Source: Candidatus Danuiimicrobium aquiferis (GTDB lineage Bacteria > Omnitrophota > Omnitrophia > Omnitrophales > Danuiimicrobiaceae). Taken from it: DNA of 64,000 bases. The position numbers and the translations under genes are program-made. This document shows, in pieces, positions 28,599 to 41,100 of this stretch. The notes beneath the pieces were generated by a model, which saw only the letters and a list, made by a program, of their open reading frames with translations, ran no database searches and was not told the origin of the DNA. The stretch lies in the NCBI GenBank assembly GCA_001804285.1, contig MHFR01000037.1, positions 85,952 to 149,951 on the forward strand. Direction: 5' to 3'. Within the stretch, counting starts at the first letter, position 1; each line of letters begins with the position of its first letter.

Positions 28599-29362
28599 GC
28601 GCTCAACGCTGCCATGTTAAATCGCTTAACTTTTTCCCGAAAATCACTCGCGCTAATATCTCTAAGTTCTTGTATAGAAATAGCTTCTGCGATTTCATAT
28701 TTTCCGGCCTTGATCCGCCTTAAATCTTCGAGAATCGCGCCGCAGCCGAGCCCTTGCCCTAAATCGTGAACCAGTGTACGGAGGTACGTTCCCTTAGATA
28801 CCTTAGCATAAAAATAAATCCGAGGCAGCAAAATCTTATCAATCCGAAACTCATACACCGTAATCGTTCTCAACGCCCGTTCGACAACCTTGCCCGCTCG
28901 CGCCAATTTATAAAGCCGGACACCGTTGTGCTTAAGCGCAGACACCATCGGTGGTTTTTGCTCAAGTGTCCCGCGGAACTGTTCAAACGCTTCGCGAATA
29001 TTGTCTTCGGTAATGTGATTCCATTCCCGCTCGGCAACTACTTTTCCCTGAGCGTCATATGAATCGGTTTCCGTACCAAGCCGGATCACACCGGAATACT
29101 CTTTATCACATGCAGTGAGCTCGTTTGAACGTTTCGTCGAATGCCCAAGAAGAACGATCAAAAGCCCGGTCGCCATCGGATCAAGCGTTCCCGCATGTCC
29201 GACTTTTTTTATTCGAAATTTTTTCCGGATAAACGCGCAAACATCGTGGGATGTCCAACCGCTTTCTTTATCAACCAAAATAATCCCGTTAATCTCCTGG
29301 CTTTGTTGTTCACACGAAACCAGATTCTGCTTAGCCGCATCCGCACCGAATCTTAGATTCAT
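28595..29362 (-). CDS. truB: tRNA pseudouridine(55) synthase
   Basis: 255 aa; GIILVDKESGWTSHDV...GHAGTLDPMATGLL. Confidence 0.9.
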   Translation of the reverse strand: MNLRFGADAAKQNLVSCEQQSQEINGIILVDKESGWTSHDVCAFIRKKFRIKKVGHAGTLDPMATGLLIVLLGHSTKRSNELTACDKEYSGVIRLGTETDSYDAQGKVVAEREWNHITEDNIREAFEQFRGTLEQKPPMVSALKHNGVRLYKLARAGKVVERALRTITVYEFRIDKILLPRIYFYAKVSKGTYLRTLVHDLGQGLGCGAILEDLRRIKAGKYEIAEAISIQELRDISASDFREKVKRFNMAALSA

Positions 29363-30335
29363 CCTTCATCCTTTCAAGAATTTTATTCCGGACAAACGGC
29401 AGACTTCCGCGCAAGGTACATCCAGCGGCTTTCCGGTGCCCGCCGCCGCCAAACTCGCCCGCAATCTTGCTCACATCACATCCATGCTTTGACCGGAATG
29501 ACACATTTACCAAAGCACCCTTAACGTTTTTCGCTTCGCTGAACAAAATGGCGCATTTGACATCCTTCAAATTTTTTAAAAAATCAATAAATCCTTCGGT
29601 ATCCCGATAAGTTAATCTATTTTTTTTCAAATCATCCCTTGAAATCTCAACCCATGCCAAAGAACCGCCGCTCATCACCCTGATTTTCCCGATCAGAAAC
29701 GCAAGAAACTTAAGCTGCTTGAGCGAAGTCGTCGCGTATAAGTGTTCATTAATTTGTTCAATATTGATTCCGGCCTGAATGAGCCGTGAGGAAACATAAT
29801 GCGAATTTTCCGTTGTGTTACAGTAGCGAAATGATCCCGTATCCGTTGCAATGGCAACGTAAAGCGCCTGCGCCTCCCCCCGGTTAACCGTCATATCGCT
29901 TTCAATCAAAAGATCATAGATCACTTCACCGCACGCTGAAGCATCCGCTTTCACATAATTGAAATGCCCGAAACCGCGGTTCGTAACGTGGTGATCAATA
30001 TTAAATACAGTCATCCGGGACGTTATTAGTTTCTGGACAACCCCGATCCGGCTGATATCCGGACAATCAACGGCTAAAAGCGCGTCAAATTTTTCTCTTT
30101 TTCCTTTTCCGTTGAAATCACTGAATCTCGTCCACCCGTTCTGACGTAAAAATTCGAATTTTTTGGGAAAGGAATCTTCACAAACAATCCTCGTTTTTTT
30201 TCCAAGCCGCTTCAAAAACGAATCCATCGCAAGAACTGACCCGACAGCATCTCCTTCGGGTTTCACATGAGACGTGATCAAAAAACGATTCCGTTTAAGA
30301 AGTTCACGGTAAAATTCGCTTGCAGAATGATTCAT
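29331..30335 (-). CDS. nrnA: DHH-family phosphoesterase (NrnA-like nanoRNase / pAp phosphatase)
   Basis: 334 aa with DHH motifs (HVKPEGDAVGS, DHH) and a DHHA1 C-terminal domain (GGGH..AAG). Confidence 0.7.
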   Translation of the reverse strand: MNHSASEFYRELLKRNRFLITSHVKPEGDAVGSVLAMDSFLKRLGKKTRIVCEDSFPKKFEFLRQNGWTRFSDFNGKGKREKFDALLAVDCPDISRIGVVQKLITSRMTVFNIDHHVTNRGFGHFNYVKADASACGEVIYDLLIESDMTVNRGEAQALYVAIATDTGSFRYCNTTENSHYVSSRLIQAGINIEQINEHLYATTSLKQLKFLAFLIGKIRVMSGGSLAWVEISRDDLKKNRLTYRDTEGFIDFLKNLKDVKCAILFSEAKNVKGALVNVSFRSKHGCDVSKIAGEFGGGGHRKAAGCTLRGSLPFVRNKILERMKDESKIRCGCG

Positions 30336-30340
30336 AAAAC

Positions 30341-30691
30341 CTACTGTTCCTTATGAATCTTCTGAAGAATCACATCGATTTTAAGGCCTTCATCTAACGA
30401 TGGGTCATTGACAAATGTCAGCTCCGGGGTGCACCGCAATTTGATCGCGTGTGCAATATCCCGCCGAAGATACCCTTTCGCGTTCTCGAGGCCGATCTGC
30501 GCCTCATCCTTTTTTTCCTGATTGCCCCGAGCGCTATAAAACACTTTTGCGTATTTCAAATCGTCGCTCACCTCGACATGCGTGACCGTAATAAATCCGA
30601 TTCGCGGATCGCGGATATATTTTGTTAAAACAGAACTTAACTCTTCTTTAATTAATACCGCTACCCGTTGACTTCTTTTTCCCTGTGCCAT
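30341..30691 (-). CDS. rbfA: ribosome-binding factor A
   Basis: 116 aa; RVAVLIKEELS...ITVT.VEVS.DL..AKV. Confidence 0.9.
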   Translation of the reverse strand: MAQGKRSQRVAVLIKEELSSVLTKYIRDPRIGFITVTHVEVSDDLKYAKVFYSARGNQEKKDEAQIGLENAKGYLRRDIAHAIKLRCTPELTFVNDPSLDEGLKIDVILQKIHKEQ

Positions 30692-30838
30692 GATTCAACC
30701 TCCGTCCATCACATCATTTCGTTGTTTAAATATTTCGAGCATCATCCATTTGCCTTGCGTGATCATAATTTTTGAAGATGAGCCACCGATTTAATGAGGA
30801 ATTTACTGCGTGAAAAATCTTCGCAAGCCTTTAAATGT

Positions 30839-32977
30839 TTATTTCAATTTTGACGCAATTTTATCCACCCGATAGGATTCAATAATATCGTCTGCTTGCA
30901 GTAGATTATAACCTTCAACTACAACGCCACAATCATATCCCTCCTGAACCTCTCGAACGTCATCCTTAAAGCGCTTCAAGGAAGCAAGTTTGCCCTGATG
31001 AATGATAATATTATCCCGGATCACTCGAATTTTATGATTGCGCGCCAATTTTCCTTTTTGAACATAGGCACCGCCAATCGTCCCGATTTTGGAAGAACTG
31101 AATACCTGGCGAATAAGCGTCCGGCTTTCCACAACTTCTTTAAGGGTCGGCTCGAGAAGGCCCTCCATCGCTTTCCGGACATCATCAATTGCTTCGTAAA
31201 TAATGTTATAAAACCGGACATCAACCCCCTCAAGCTCGCTCAATCGATTGGCATTTTCATCGGCACGAACATGGAATCCGATCACAATCGCATCTGAGGC
31301 AGCCGCCAACATAATATCAGATTCATTAATTCCGCCCACGCCGCCGTGCAAAATGCGAACGGAAATTTTATCCGAAACCGCCTGTTCCAATGAACGCGCC
31401 AAAGCCTCAATCGATCCCTGCACATCGGCCTTCACAATTAATTTGAGTTCTTTGACTTGTCCTTCTTTCAATTTCCCGTACAAATTTTCAAGAGACATAT
31501 GCTTCGCATGGACACCCGTGATCGCTTTTTCCCTGATTTCGAGTGCTCGTTTTTCCGAAATTTTTCGGGCGATTTTTTCATCAGCCACAACGCTGAATGT
31601 TTCGCCGGCTTCCGGTGTTCCGGGCAGCCCCAATACTTCAACCGCATGAGAAGGACCGGCTTCCTTAACGGTTTTACCACGGTCACTCATCATGGCACGA
31701 ACTTTTCCATAAAATTGGCCGATCACAAGCATGTCACCTATCCGCAGCGTCCCTCTCTGCACGATCACAGTCGCTACATTTCCTTTTCCCTTCGTCAACC
31801 TTGCTTCCACCACAACACCCTGCGCCGGTCGGTTCGGATTTGCCTTCAACTCCAAAATCTCTGCTTCAAGCAAGAGCAGCTCTAAAAGCTCTTCAATCCC
31901 TTTTCCGGTTTTTGCCGACACCTTGACACAAATCGTTTTTCCGCCCCACTCTTCCGGCATCAGATCCAATTTTTGAAGTTCTCCCATCACTTTCGTCGGG
32001 TTTGCCGTGGGCAAATCGCATTTATTCATTGCAACCACAATCGGCGAATTAGCCGCACGCGCGTGATCAATCGCCTCTTGCGTCTGAGGCATCACCCCAT
32101 CATCTGCCGCCACGACCAAAACAACAACGTCTGTCACATGCGCCCCTCGGGCGCGCATCGCCGTAAATGCCGCATGGCCCGGTGTATCCAAGAATGTTAC
32201 ATGCCCTTTGCCGGGAATATCAACACCATAAGCACCGATATGCTGTGTAATTCGTCCGACTTCACGATCAGCAACATTCGTACTCCGGATAGCATCAAGA
32301 AGCGATGTTTTTCCGTGATCGACGTGCCCCATCATCGTCACGATGGGTGGCCGCTTGACCAAATCTTCCGGACGATCATCCCCTTCAGACAATACCGCTT
32401 TTGCAATATCATCTTCTAATTTCTCGATTTTAACACCCAGTGCATAAGCCACTTTCCGGATAATCTCCTCATTCAAAAGCTGATTCACATTCGCAAAAAT
32501 CCCAAGACCGATTAATGCTTTAATCAATTCCGCAACCCGCACATTCAATTTTTCGGCCAATGTACCCACCGTAATCGGCATTTCAATTTTAACGGATTCT
32601 TTTTCTTTCGGCGGCTCAACGATGATTTTTGCTTTTTCCGCGGCCACTTCGACCGGCTGGACTAATTTGGGACTTTCTTCTTTTTTAATGGGAGGGGCGG
32701 AAGATTGACTTTGCTTTTTCGTTTCGGTTTGAACTTTCTCTTCTTTCTTCGGAGAAACGGCTTCGGGCTGGATCTTTTTTTCTGCAGGCGTTTTTTCCAG
32801 AACGGCTGCGGACGGCTTCGACTCTGCTTCTTTTACACCGCCCTTCAGCAATTCCTGAACCATTTTGTCTTCAACAAGAGCCATATGATTTTTAGCGGCA
32901 ACCCCGCGGCCAGCCAAAATGCTGATGAGCTCTTTGCTTGTAATTTTTAATTCTTTGGCAAGCTCATGGACTCTCAT
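30839..32977 (-). CDS. infB: translation initiation factor IF-2
   Basis: 712 aa. The N-terminus is [18 protein letters not shown]. The GTPase has [16 protein letters not shown] and NKCD motifs. Confidence 0.95.
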   Translation of the reverse strand: MRVHELAKELKITSKELISILAGRGVAAKNHMALVEDKMVQELLKGGVKEAESKPSAAVLEKTPAEKKIQPEAVSPKKEEKVQTETKKQSQSSAPPIKKEESPKLVQPVEVAAEKAKIIVEPPKEKESVKIEMPITVGTLAEKLNVRVAELIKALIGLGIFANVNQLLNEEIIRKVAYALGVKIEKLEDDIAKAVLSEGDDRPEDLVKRPPIVTMMGHVDHGKTSLLDAIRSTNVADREVGRITQHIGAYGVDIPGKGHVTFLDTPGHAAFTAMRARGAHVTDVVVLVVAADDGVMPQTQEAIDHARAANSPIVVAMNKCDLPTANPTKVMGELQKLDLMPEEWGGKTICVKVSAKTGKGIEELLELLLLEAEILELKANPNRPAQGVVVEARLTKGKGNVATVIVQRGTLRIGDMLVIGQFYGKVRAMMSDRGKTVKEAGPSHAVEVLGLPGTPEAGETFSVVADEKIARKISEKRALEIREKAITGVHAKHMSLENLYGKLKEGQVKELKLIVKADVQGSIEALARSLEQAVSDKISVRILHGGVGGINESDIMLAAASDAIVIGFHVRADENANRLSELEGVDVRFYNIIYEAIDDVRKAMEGLLEPTLKEVVESRTLIRQVFSSSKIGTIGGAYVQKGKLARNHKIRVIRDNIIIHQGKLASLKRFKDDVREVQEGYDCGVVVEGYNLLQADDIIESYRVDKIASKLK

Positions 32978-34109
32978 GTTTAGATGTATCCCCCACGACG
33001 GCTTGTTGTGCAGCGTGAATTAATTGCCCGGCACGTTCCGCATCAATTCCTTCGATTTTTTCCAGATCTTCAGGCGTTGATTTCAACAGATCTTTGATCG
33101 CTATGATTCCCGCTTGATTTAAAATTTTTTCGATTTCTGCGGTCATCCCCGAAAGAGCGGAAAGCGGAATTCTCTGGCTTTTGCTGTGAATATCCAGTTT
33201 CCAACCTGTGAGTTTAGAAGCCAATCGAACATTTTGTCCTCTTTTCCCTATTACAAGCGAAAGCTGCTGTTCGTCGACAAAAATCTCGGCGGATTTTTCT
33301 TCCCGGTGAATCTTAATATCGACTTGAGTCTGTTCCGTCAAATTCAGCGCATTTTGAATGTACTCCCGGCTATCTTCACTCCATCGGACAATGTCAATCT
33401 TTTCTCCGCCGAGTTCACGGACGATATTTTTGACGCGTTGGCCGCGCATTCCGACACAAGACCCGACACAGTCGATTTTCGAATCTTTGGAATGAACTGC
33501 GATTTTCGTCCGGGCACCGGCTTCACGCGCGACAGCCCTGATTTCGACAATCCCTTCGCGGATTTCCGGCACTTCCAATTGAAAAAGCTGGCTCACAAAC
33601 TGTTCGTGTCCCCGGGAAACAATCACTTCGGGGCCGCGCTCTGATTTTTTAACATCAAGGATGAACACCCGGATCACCTCTCCTTGACGATAATTATCGT
33701 TCGGAGATTGTTCACGGACAGGCAATATCGCTTCGACTTTTCCAAAATCGATAATGATCATCTTGCGATCGACGCGATGGACGGCACCGCTTGTAATGGT
33801 GCCGATTTTTTTATGAAATTCGTTAAAAATAGAATCGCGTTCCGCCTCGCGAATTTTCTGGATAATGACTTGTTTGGCAGTTTGGGCGGCAATCCTGCCG
33901 AAATCGGCATTGAACACTTTTTCGCCATTTTCAAAGAGTTCAATTTCTGCGGTCATGGGATTGATTTGGACATCGACTTCCCGGGCTTTTACGAAAGTTC
34001 TGCGGCAGGCGGAAATCAAAGCGTGCCGAATGGCATCAAACAAAACTTCTTTTTGGATGTTCTTTTCCCGTTCAAGATATTCGATCGTATCCATCAATTC
34101 CTTATTCAT
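32964..34109 (-). CDS. nusA: transcription termination/antitermination factor NusA
   Basis: 381 aa with an N-terminal domain, an S1 domain and two KH domains. It overlaps the infB start by 14 nt, which is the conserved nusA-infB operon arrangement. Confidence 0.95.
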   Translation of the reverse strand: MNKELMDTIEYLEREKNIQKEVLFDAIRHALISACRRTFVKAREVDVQINPMTAEIELFENGEKVFNADFGRIAAQTAKQVIIQKIREAERDSIFNEFHKKIGTITSGAVHRVDRKMIIIDFGKVEAILPVREQSPNDNYRQGEVIRVFILDVKKSERGPEVIVSRGHEQFVSQLFQLEVPEIREGIVEIRAVAREAGARTKIAVHSKDSKIDCVGSCVGMRGQRVKNIVRELGGEKIDIVRWSEDSREYIQNALNLTEQTQVDIKIHREEKSAEIFVDEQQLSLVIGKRGQNVRLASKLTGWKLDIHSKSQRIPLSALSGMTAEIEKILNQAGIIAIKDLLKSTPEDLEKIEGIDAERAGQLIHAAQQAVVGDTSKHESP

Positions 34110-34125
34110 TGTCTATACCTTCCCG

Positions 34126-34160
34126 AAAATAAAAAAGTGGGCTATCTTCCAGCCCACTTT
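34126..34160 (-). terminator. rho-independent terminator
   Basis: agtgggct-atcttcc-agcccact. On the plus strand an A-run precedes it, giving a U-tract on the minus transcript. It lies downstream of the 34281..34853 gene. Confidence 0.5.
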
Positions 34161-34221
34161 ATGTAAATCTAAGGCTTAATTCATGTTACGTAAATTCTAC
34201 TTAAAAAAGCCATGTTGTCAA

Positions 34222-34262
34222 GAAAAAAGGCAACCCAAATTGAAATTGAGTTGCCTTTTTTA
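34222..34262 (-). terminator. bidirectional rho-independent terminator
   Basis: aaaaaaggcaac-ccaaattgaaattgag-gttgccttttttat. The 8-bp stem is flanked by an A-run and a T-run. Confidence 0.55.
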
Positions 34263-34280
34263 TGATTTTTGTTTTAAGTT

Positions 34281-34853
34281 CTAATTTTGATTACCTTTAC
34301 GCAAACCTCGAATAGCACCACGAACATGTTGTACCTTCTCCGCAGCTTCGCCCGATAGTCCCGAACCGGTATCCACGAGCATTGCTTCTATTTCTTCCAA
34401 CGCAGCGTCCCTCTGTTTCAAATACCGGATCAGACCGTTCATATCAACAGCCGTTTCTTTGAAAAAATCGCGAGAACGAAGAGTCATTTCATTAGGAATT
34501 TCACCGTCACATATTCTTTGAAGCATTCGTCCAAAACGGTAAATCGGCCCAGCCACCCGGTGAAGAAGCAGGATTCCCAGGAATCCGGTAACAATCACCG
34601 CCGCGGATATAATAATCACTGCCTCCCAAAGCAATGTATACCGAATGCCCGATAACGTTTGTTCAAATGTCTGACGAGTCATCACCTTGGGTGCTGATTG
34701 AACGGCATCAAACAACGTCGTATGAATCATCGCCGCGACCAAAAGCCCGGTCACGGCCATGACGGCTAATAAAACGAATGTGAACTCTCGTTGCAACGGC
34801 CGGTTGATTAAAATGTTTTTGATGGAACGTTGATTTGAATCAGCCATATTCAT
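34281..34853 (-). CDS. hypothetical membrane protein (two TM helices plus a cytoplasmic coiled-coil/HAMP-like region)
   Basis: 190 aa with two hydrophobic segments (FTFVLLAVMAVTGLLVAAMI and AVIIISAAVIVTGFLGILLL). It is followed by two terminators. Confidence 0.5.
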   Translation of the reverse strand: MNMADSNQRSIKNILINRPLQREFTFVLLAVMAVTGLLVAAMIHTTLFDAVQSAPKVMTRQTFEQTLSGIRYTLLWEAVIIISAAVIVTGFLGILLLHRVAGPIYRFGRMLQRICDGEIPNEMTLRSRDFFKETAVDMNGLIRYLKQRDAALEEIEAMLVDTGSGLSGEAAEKVQHVRGAIRGLRKGNQN

Positions 34854-34912
34854 TCCTCTTTGCGATTATCGTGTCTATTTAGCGTTTTGAAGTGGCGAAC
34901 ACGCCAGGTTTA

Positions 34913-34978
34913 TGTCATGCCCGCATGCTTAAAGCGAGCATCCACACTTTCTGGATTCCCGCTTTCGCGGGAATGACA
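34913..34978. repeat. family A compound palindromic repeat
   Basis: tgtcatgcccgcatgcttaaagcgagcatcc...ggattcccgctttcgcgggaatgacaaa. It is preceded by the conserved flank agcgttttgaagt, which also flanks the copies at 2144 and 51752. Confidence 0.85.
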
Positions 34979-35133
34979 AAAAAACAGATGCTCTTTTACA
35001 GATAATCGCTTCAAAGCGCTAAACAAATACCAATTATCAGGGATGTTCTTAATGTTCTAAAATTAAAGAACTTATATCAAATTATACTAAGTTATCGACG
35101 GCTTTTCCAAATATATTAAGGAAAAGTTTATAG

Positions 35134-38100
35134 TTAAGCTGCGGCTTCTATTAAACGCTGAATCTCCGGCAAAGATTCCAAGTATTGCCAAAATTCAACA
35201 TACGCAATTGACGGATAGCCGTTTTGCTCGCCCAACGAGAAGCCATGCGCCTGAGTCGTGAAATATTGCTTCAGCAAAAGGCCGTATTCATCCGCGCCGA
35301 TCTTAATTCCCTTCATATACGCCGATAGATGATTTAACGCTAAAATTAAAGAAAAAGCAGTGGTCACTTTAGAAAGATGATCAAGCTCCTGGAATCGCTC
35401 CCCATCACCGATTAAAACCAGCAGATATTTAAACTGGCTTGCCTGTTCAGCGGACCCAACCAAAATCGCGGCCCCGTGCTGGCGCCCGTCCATCATGGCA
35501 TTTTCCGCAAATTCCGAATCCGTGAACTTGATCACCCGGTAAAGTTGTGCTCTGGAAATCCCGCTTTCAATCACGGTCTCTGCAAGGCTACTTGCCTTCT
35601 TCCCTGAAATCGTAAGCCATGGTTTTCCGTCATCACGCTGAAATCGAATCAAAATTCTTGCAAAATCCGGAAATAGAGTTTTATCGGAAAATATGGGATC
35701 CTCCGATGAAAGATGCACAAATCCTTCGGGGGTGAATAGTAATGCTTCCGTCATCCTGAGCGCCAGCGAAGGATCCACGCCCGTCGATTCAGAAGAATTC
35801 GTCGCAAGCCCACTCAACCGATTCGCAAATATTTCTGTCACCGGCTCCGGTGTTTCCGCAAACGCTTCAGGAATCAGCGATCGAAGAATTTGATCCTTCC
35901 CGAATCGGCTCACCGCCTCCGGTGCCACAGTCCTTTCTGCCACTTCTTTCGCCACCGCGAGGACGCTTTCGAGAGAAACACCACGAATGTTGTCATTGCG
36001 AGGAGTCCCGCCAAAAGCGGGACGACGCGGCAATCCATACTCGGGGATTGCTTCGCCTTCGGCTCGCAATGACACCTCTTGTTGGCGTGCACGATACCCT
36101 TTTTCGCCCCCAATTTTTTCTTTTTTACTTTCCGCTTTGCGACCCTCCGAGCGGGCTTGCATCAGAAGATCATGTACTTGAGGCTGTGCCGTGATAAGGG
36201 CTGAGTTTACGGTTGGTTTATTGTCAACAATCTTCAGGCGGTTAAAATCCACAGGGAAGAAATCACGGGAATTTTCGTCCGTCACCTTTGCTCCAAGCGC
36301 AAATCCGACATGTGCGCCCCCAACCACATCCCAAAGGTTCGAGCCGCCATCCAAGTAGGCATCATAAACCCCAAAAGCGACCAACAGCGCGCTGATGATC
36401 CCAGATCCAGGACTTGGCTCTGCGTTGATCTTTTTCTTGGTCACCAATTGATAATGCCGCGCAGAAAACTTTTCAATGCCCGGAATAAATATTGCATTTA
36501 CTTCTGAAAGCGTCGTAGCCTTCGAAGCCGGAGGCATAAATTTCTGGCCGTTTAGAAATACACCTCCCGAATGGACTTCCACCATAACCGACTGGGCCCC
36601 ATTCATTTCGAATTCGGGCGCATAAATAACGGTATAAACCGGATTGCCCTTATCTAAAAGCGACAGGGTGAAACAATAATTTTTCCAACCGTTGATATAA
36701 GGCCGTGTTCCGTCAAGCGGATCAAGCACCCAAACAAACCTCGTTTTTTTTGCGCGTTCCAGAACCCCCATATCCCGCTCAAACATTTCTTCGCCAATCA
36801 CCAGAGAATCCGGAAGCAATGCAGACACCTCTTTCCTCACCATCTCTTCAATCACCGGATCCACGCCTATTGCAATATCCGAACCATCAAGTTTCCTCTG
36901 TGCTTCGATTTTACTGGCTTTCACCCGAAGCATAATTTTCCCGGCTTCTAACGCAAGGCGCTTCATCGTATGAAGGACTTCCCATTCCTCAAATGCCTTG
37001 GCAAAATTTTGAACACGCGGCTGGAATGGATCGGAACGTTTCGTCGCGATAGTGTCTATAAAATCTGCCGCAATTAGTAGCGTCAGGACGTCTTTCGCGT
37101 CAACATCCGGGTTGATTTGATCGACAAATTTTTGGAATACATCAAGCGACGGGACACCCTTAGACACACCCTCAACGAAATATAACGCGCCATGAAGCCG
37201 GACAGCTTCTATTAATGTTTCCCGATTCGCAAGCCCTTCGGCCAATAACGGATTACTTCTTAACAGATTTGTCGACGCGGCCTCATGATCCGGGTAAAGC
37301 ATTAACGTCCTGCCTTCTTCAATAATTACTTTCGCAGGAACAGTTATTTTGCCGATATCGTGCAGTAAAATAAATTCTTCAAAAAACCGACGGTTCGCAG
37401 GATTTGATAAAACGGCCCGGAATCTTTCGGGTATTTCACCGTACGACGAAGCATAATTCAGAACATCTACCATGGCCCGGAGATGATCCCGCAGTAGCGG
37501 CCCTTCCTGATGAACTTGGAGCGGATAATTTGGAATATTGAACCGGTCATGAAATTCCAAAGGAAGCCTCTCTCGAATCAGTGCCTCAATCGAATCCGCC
37601 CTCAATTCCGATCTCATAAAATCATACTGCGTATTCTCACCGCCAAATGTAGAAAGCCATTCATGTTCAAGGAGTAAATGCATATCGTTAACCGTATGCC
37701 AGTACGCGCGCGAAGGTTCTGCCACATTCAGATTCCAATCATCTTCAAATCCTTGGGCCGTTTTACGCACAAGCGCCAGCACTTTTGCCCGTTCTATTTC
37801 CCGAATCGCAGGATCGTCCGAATACGGAAGCTCCATAATCCGTCCGATTGCCATGTGCCCGAATTTCGGCCGTGATGTGATTCTATTTTCGCCGATGAGC
37901 CGCTTCGCCTCGCTATTTAATTGTTCCATAAAAGGATGAAAACGGTCTTCGGGGTCGGCAAAAAATCCGACAAACCCACCGTCGGCCGTTACTCCATAAC
38001 CAAGTTGAAATAAACGAAACACTTTTGTGCTTTCCGTATTCTGCTTGACCATGCCGCGAATCGTTTGCTTTTCATCTTCGTTGAGCGGAACAAATGTTTT

Positions 38101-41100
38101 CCGGTCTTTCCTCGAGAACAACTGCTTGTGCTCCTGAAAAACGCCCATGCTCAAATGCACATTATTCTCGCCAACTTCCCAATAACGGATTTGATCTTCA
38201 CGCCCCGGAAAAATCTTTTTCAGTTCATTTAAATAACGGTGAAACGACTGATGAGCTGCCGTAACAAATGGTAATCCTGGATCCAAACGGTGAATAACTG
38301 CAAACGCACCCGGTTCAAAATATTGCTGATGATAATTTCCGTCCTCCCCCTTCTTAAGCCCGCGCAGAATAATTCGATACCCCTTCCCGGGATATCGACG
38401 CATGGTACGTAATCCCTTCTGATACTTCTCATGATAAAGCCGTACCGGATCCGGCGTTTGCCTCACCTCAGCCCGCGCCAAAGGCGGCGAGAAAACGTGC
38501 GCATTCCGGCCCAGCAGTTCCTTCGCAATATCGCGAGTTTTATAAAATAAATTTTTTCCCGAAACACCAAGATCCGTTCGGGTTCTTGCTGCCGTTTCGG
38601 CACGGACAGGAATTTGAGCAATTGAATTTTCAATATCGACCTGTGCCGTTGCTATTCTGAAATTGGGGAGCAAACCTATCGCCATTTCGGCAGTTCTTGT
38701 AAAACTGTCCAGCCGGCCAAAATCGGTGACTGAATCAAAGTTGGTTTCTGTTAACTTGAAAAACGCATATTCTCCAAGTTGAGAAAGATATTGTTCCGCT
38801 CGATTTTGAATTTTCCCGGATTCTTTCAGTAATGTTGTCCGGTTCAATTCAATCAATACCGCCAAAGTTCTTGCAGTCAAAAGAGGGTCGAAATCAGCAG
38901 TTCCTGCGTTCCCGCTTGCTTCCGTTAAAAATTTCTCCGCCCGTTGATCAAAAAAATGAATTAATTGCTTATAAGCCGCCATCACTTCCGCGGGAATGAT
39001 GACGGGAATGGTATGCTTTCCTTTGTATGCAATATTTAAACGATAAATTTCTCCAATCGCAATCCCGGCAAGTTTAATTCGGTCGCTATCAGTCAAATCA
39101 CGACTATTGAAATCATGACGGTACGGCGCGTATCCGATGACTTCTTCAAGTTCAGGCCACACAGCCTGCTTGATCAGAGTTGCAGCCGCACGTTTCTGAA
39201 GCCATGGATTTTCAATGACAAGAACACGTTTTGGATAAAATTTTTCGGCATCGAGAATTTCCTTCGCATTTAGAACATTCTCGCCGGTGTTGGTAGATTT
39301 ATTTTCCACCGAATCAACTGAAACTCCGTTTTCTTCGAGTCGCGCTTTATAAAATTCAGATTCGGCAATCCGCTCGCCGTCCGGCGTATAATAATATCCG
39401 CCGAAATGCGCGCCATACATTCCGACCGTCATCACCGGCAAATCAGGCTGGTTCGTCTTCAATTTCTTAATCAGGATAGCTGTTTCTTCCGGGACCCGTT
39501 CGTCTTCCGTGCCAAGCACCATCACGAAATCAAAATCCTTTTGAATCAATTCTTCTTCATTAAGCGGAACGGAACCACGGTTCGCAGTTTTCACATCATA
39601 AAATTCCCTCGCCGCAAGAAAATTCGTGATCGGCTGGGTGAGCCGGTTCAACAGAAGTCTATCGGAATAAGACAGCCCTACCGACCTTGTCTCCGCGCGG
39701 ATTTTTGATTCTTTCGGAATCGTGATTGACCAATGCGTTGTGTAGCGCGGCTTCCCGATCAGTTGGCGAATCCATAGCTCCACCGCAACGAAATGATTGA
39801 TTAATATTCCCCGTATCAGAAAATTTCCCAAAGACCGTTTGAGCTCAAACAAGGTTCCTTCCCAATCCCGCAGCGGGTGGAAACGCTTCATGTACCATGC
39901 AACATAAAACACCCCATAATGAGCCCAGGCTGTTTTCTTTTTTCCCGGACTGAGCAAACTTTGCACCCAGCGGTCTCCCAACTCCCACCGGTATTCTTGT
40001 TTTAAATAGCCCACAAATGTCTCTGCAACAGAAAATGAAATCACCGCATCCGGATTTGCGAGAAGCCGCCAGAAATAATTTCTACCCTTTGTTTTCGCCT
40101 GCGGATCAGCAAATACGAATTTCAGGAAATAATCTTCGTTAATAGGAAGCGAAGGCAACGGCGGCAAAGAAAATAAATAGGCGAACATGCTCGTTCCGCG
40201 GACGCTATTCGGGTTAGAACCTTGTCCGACCGGTAAAACTCTTCTCGTCAACGTATGGCCCGGATGAATCTTATATGATGATCCAATCAACATCGGCACG
40301 CCGTTTTCTCGTGATTTCGTCAAAAGAAAATCGATATTGGACTCAATATTCCCCGGCGAGAATTCGATATCATCATCCATCATTCCGATAATCGAAGCGT
40401 TGATCGATTGCGCGTATTCCCGGATAGCATTTACCGCATTGGATTTTCCGGACAATTTCTCGCCCGGAAGCCGCCCGCCGAGCGGCATATGCATCACCGT
40501 AATCGGAACTTCAGGCGTTGAATATTGGCGCTGAAACTTGCGGACTTCTTCGAGATACGCTTTTTGATCCAAGCCGTTGATATTAATGACCAATCTCACC
40601 GGCCAATTCCGGTAAGGCCCGTCTTCCCGCTTCATCCGCGCAAGATCAGCTATGATCTTTTTAAAATGAAGAATCCGCTCGGCCGGATCACCGTGAATAT
40701 TCGCCGTCGGAACGCCAATCACAATCGATTGATGCTCCGCATGAATAAGTTCCTTTACTTTCCCCCGCAAATCTTGCGATTCGATATATTTATCCACATC
40801 GTCATAAATCGGCTCAAAATATTCTTTATATGCCCGCTGCTTCGGCGAATTCTCACCCGGCTCATAAACTCGCATCTCCACCGTCCGGGCATCTTCAGGC
40901 CCCGGCACAAAAAATCCGCCGTTCATATTTACACGATAGTCTAAAATGGGGACAGGTTCTGGTTCCATTGGCGTAGAACCTGTCCCCATTTGGGATGTAA
41001 TGTTACGCACTTCAGATCGAGGCAATGCAACTTCTCCATTTTGATATGGAACTCGAATCCCTTTTTCAATAGACGGTTTACCTGCAAGCTCTGGGGGAAA

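Noticed and set aside
30692-30838. A small gene (for example ylxR/L7Ae-like) in the rbfA-infB gap
   Set aside because: No ORF of 60 aa or more and no recognisable motif. It is probably just the infB 3' UTR or the rbfA leader.
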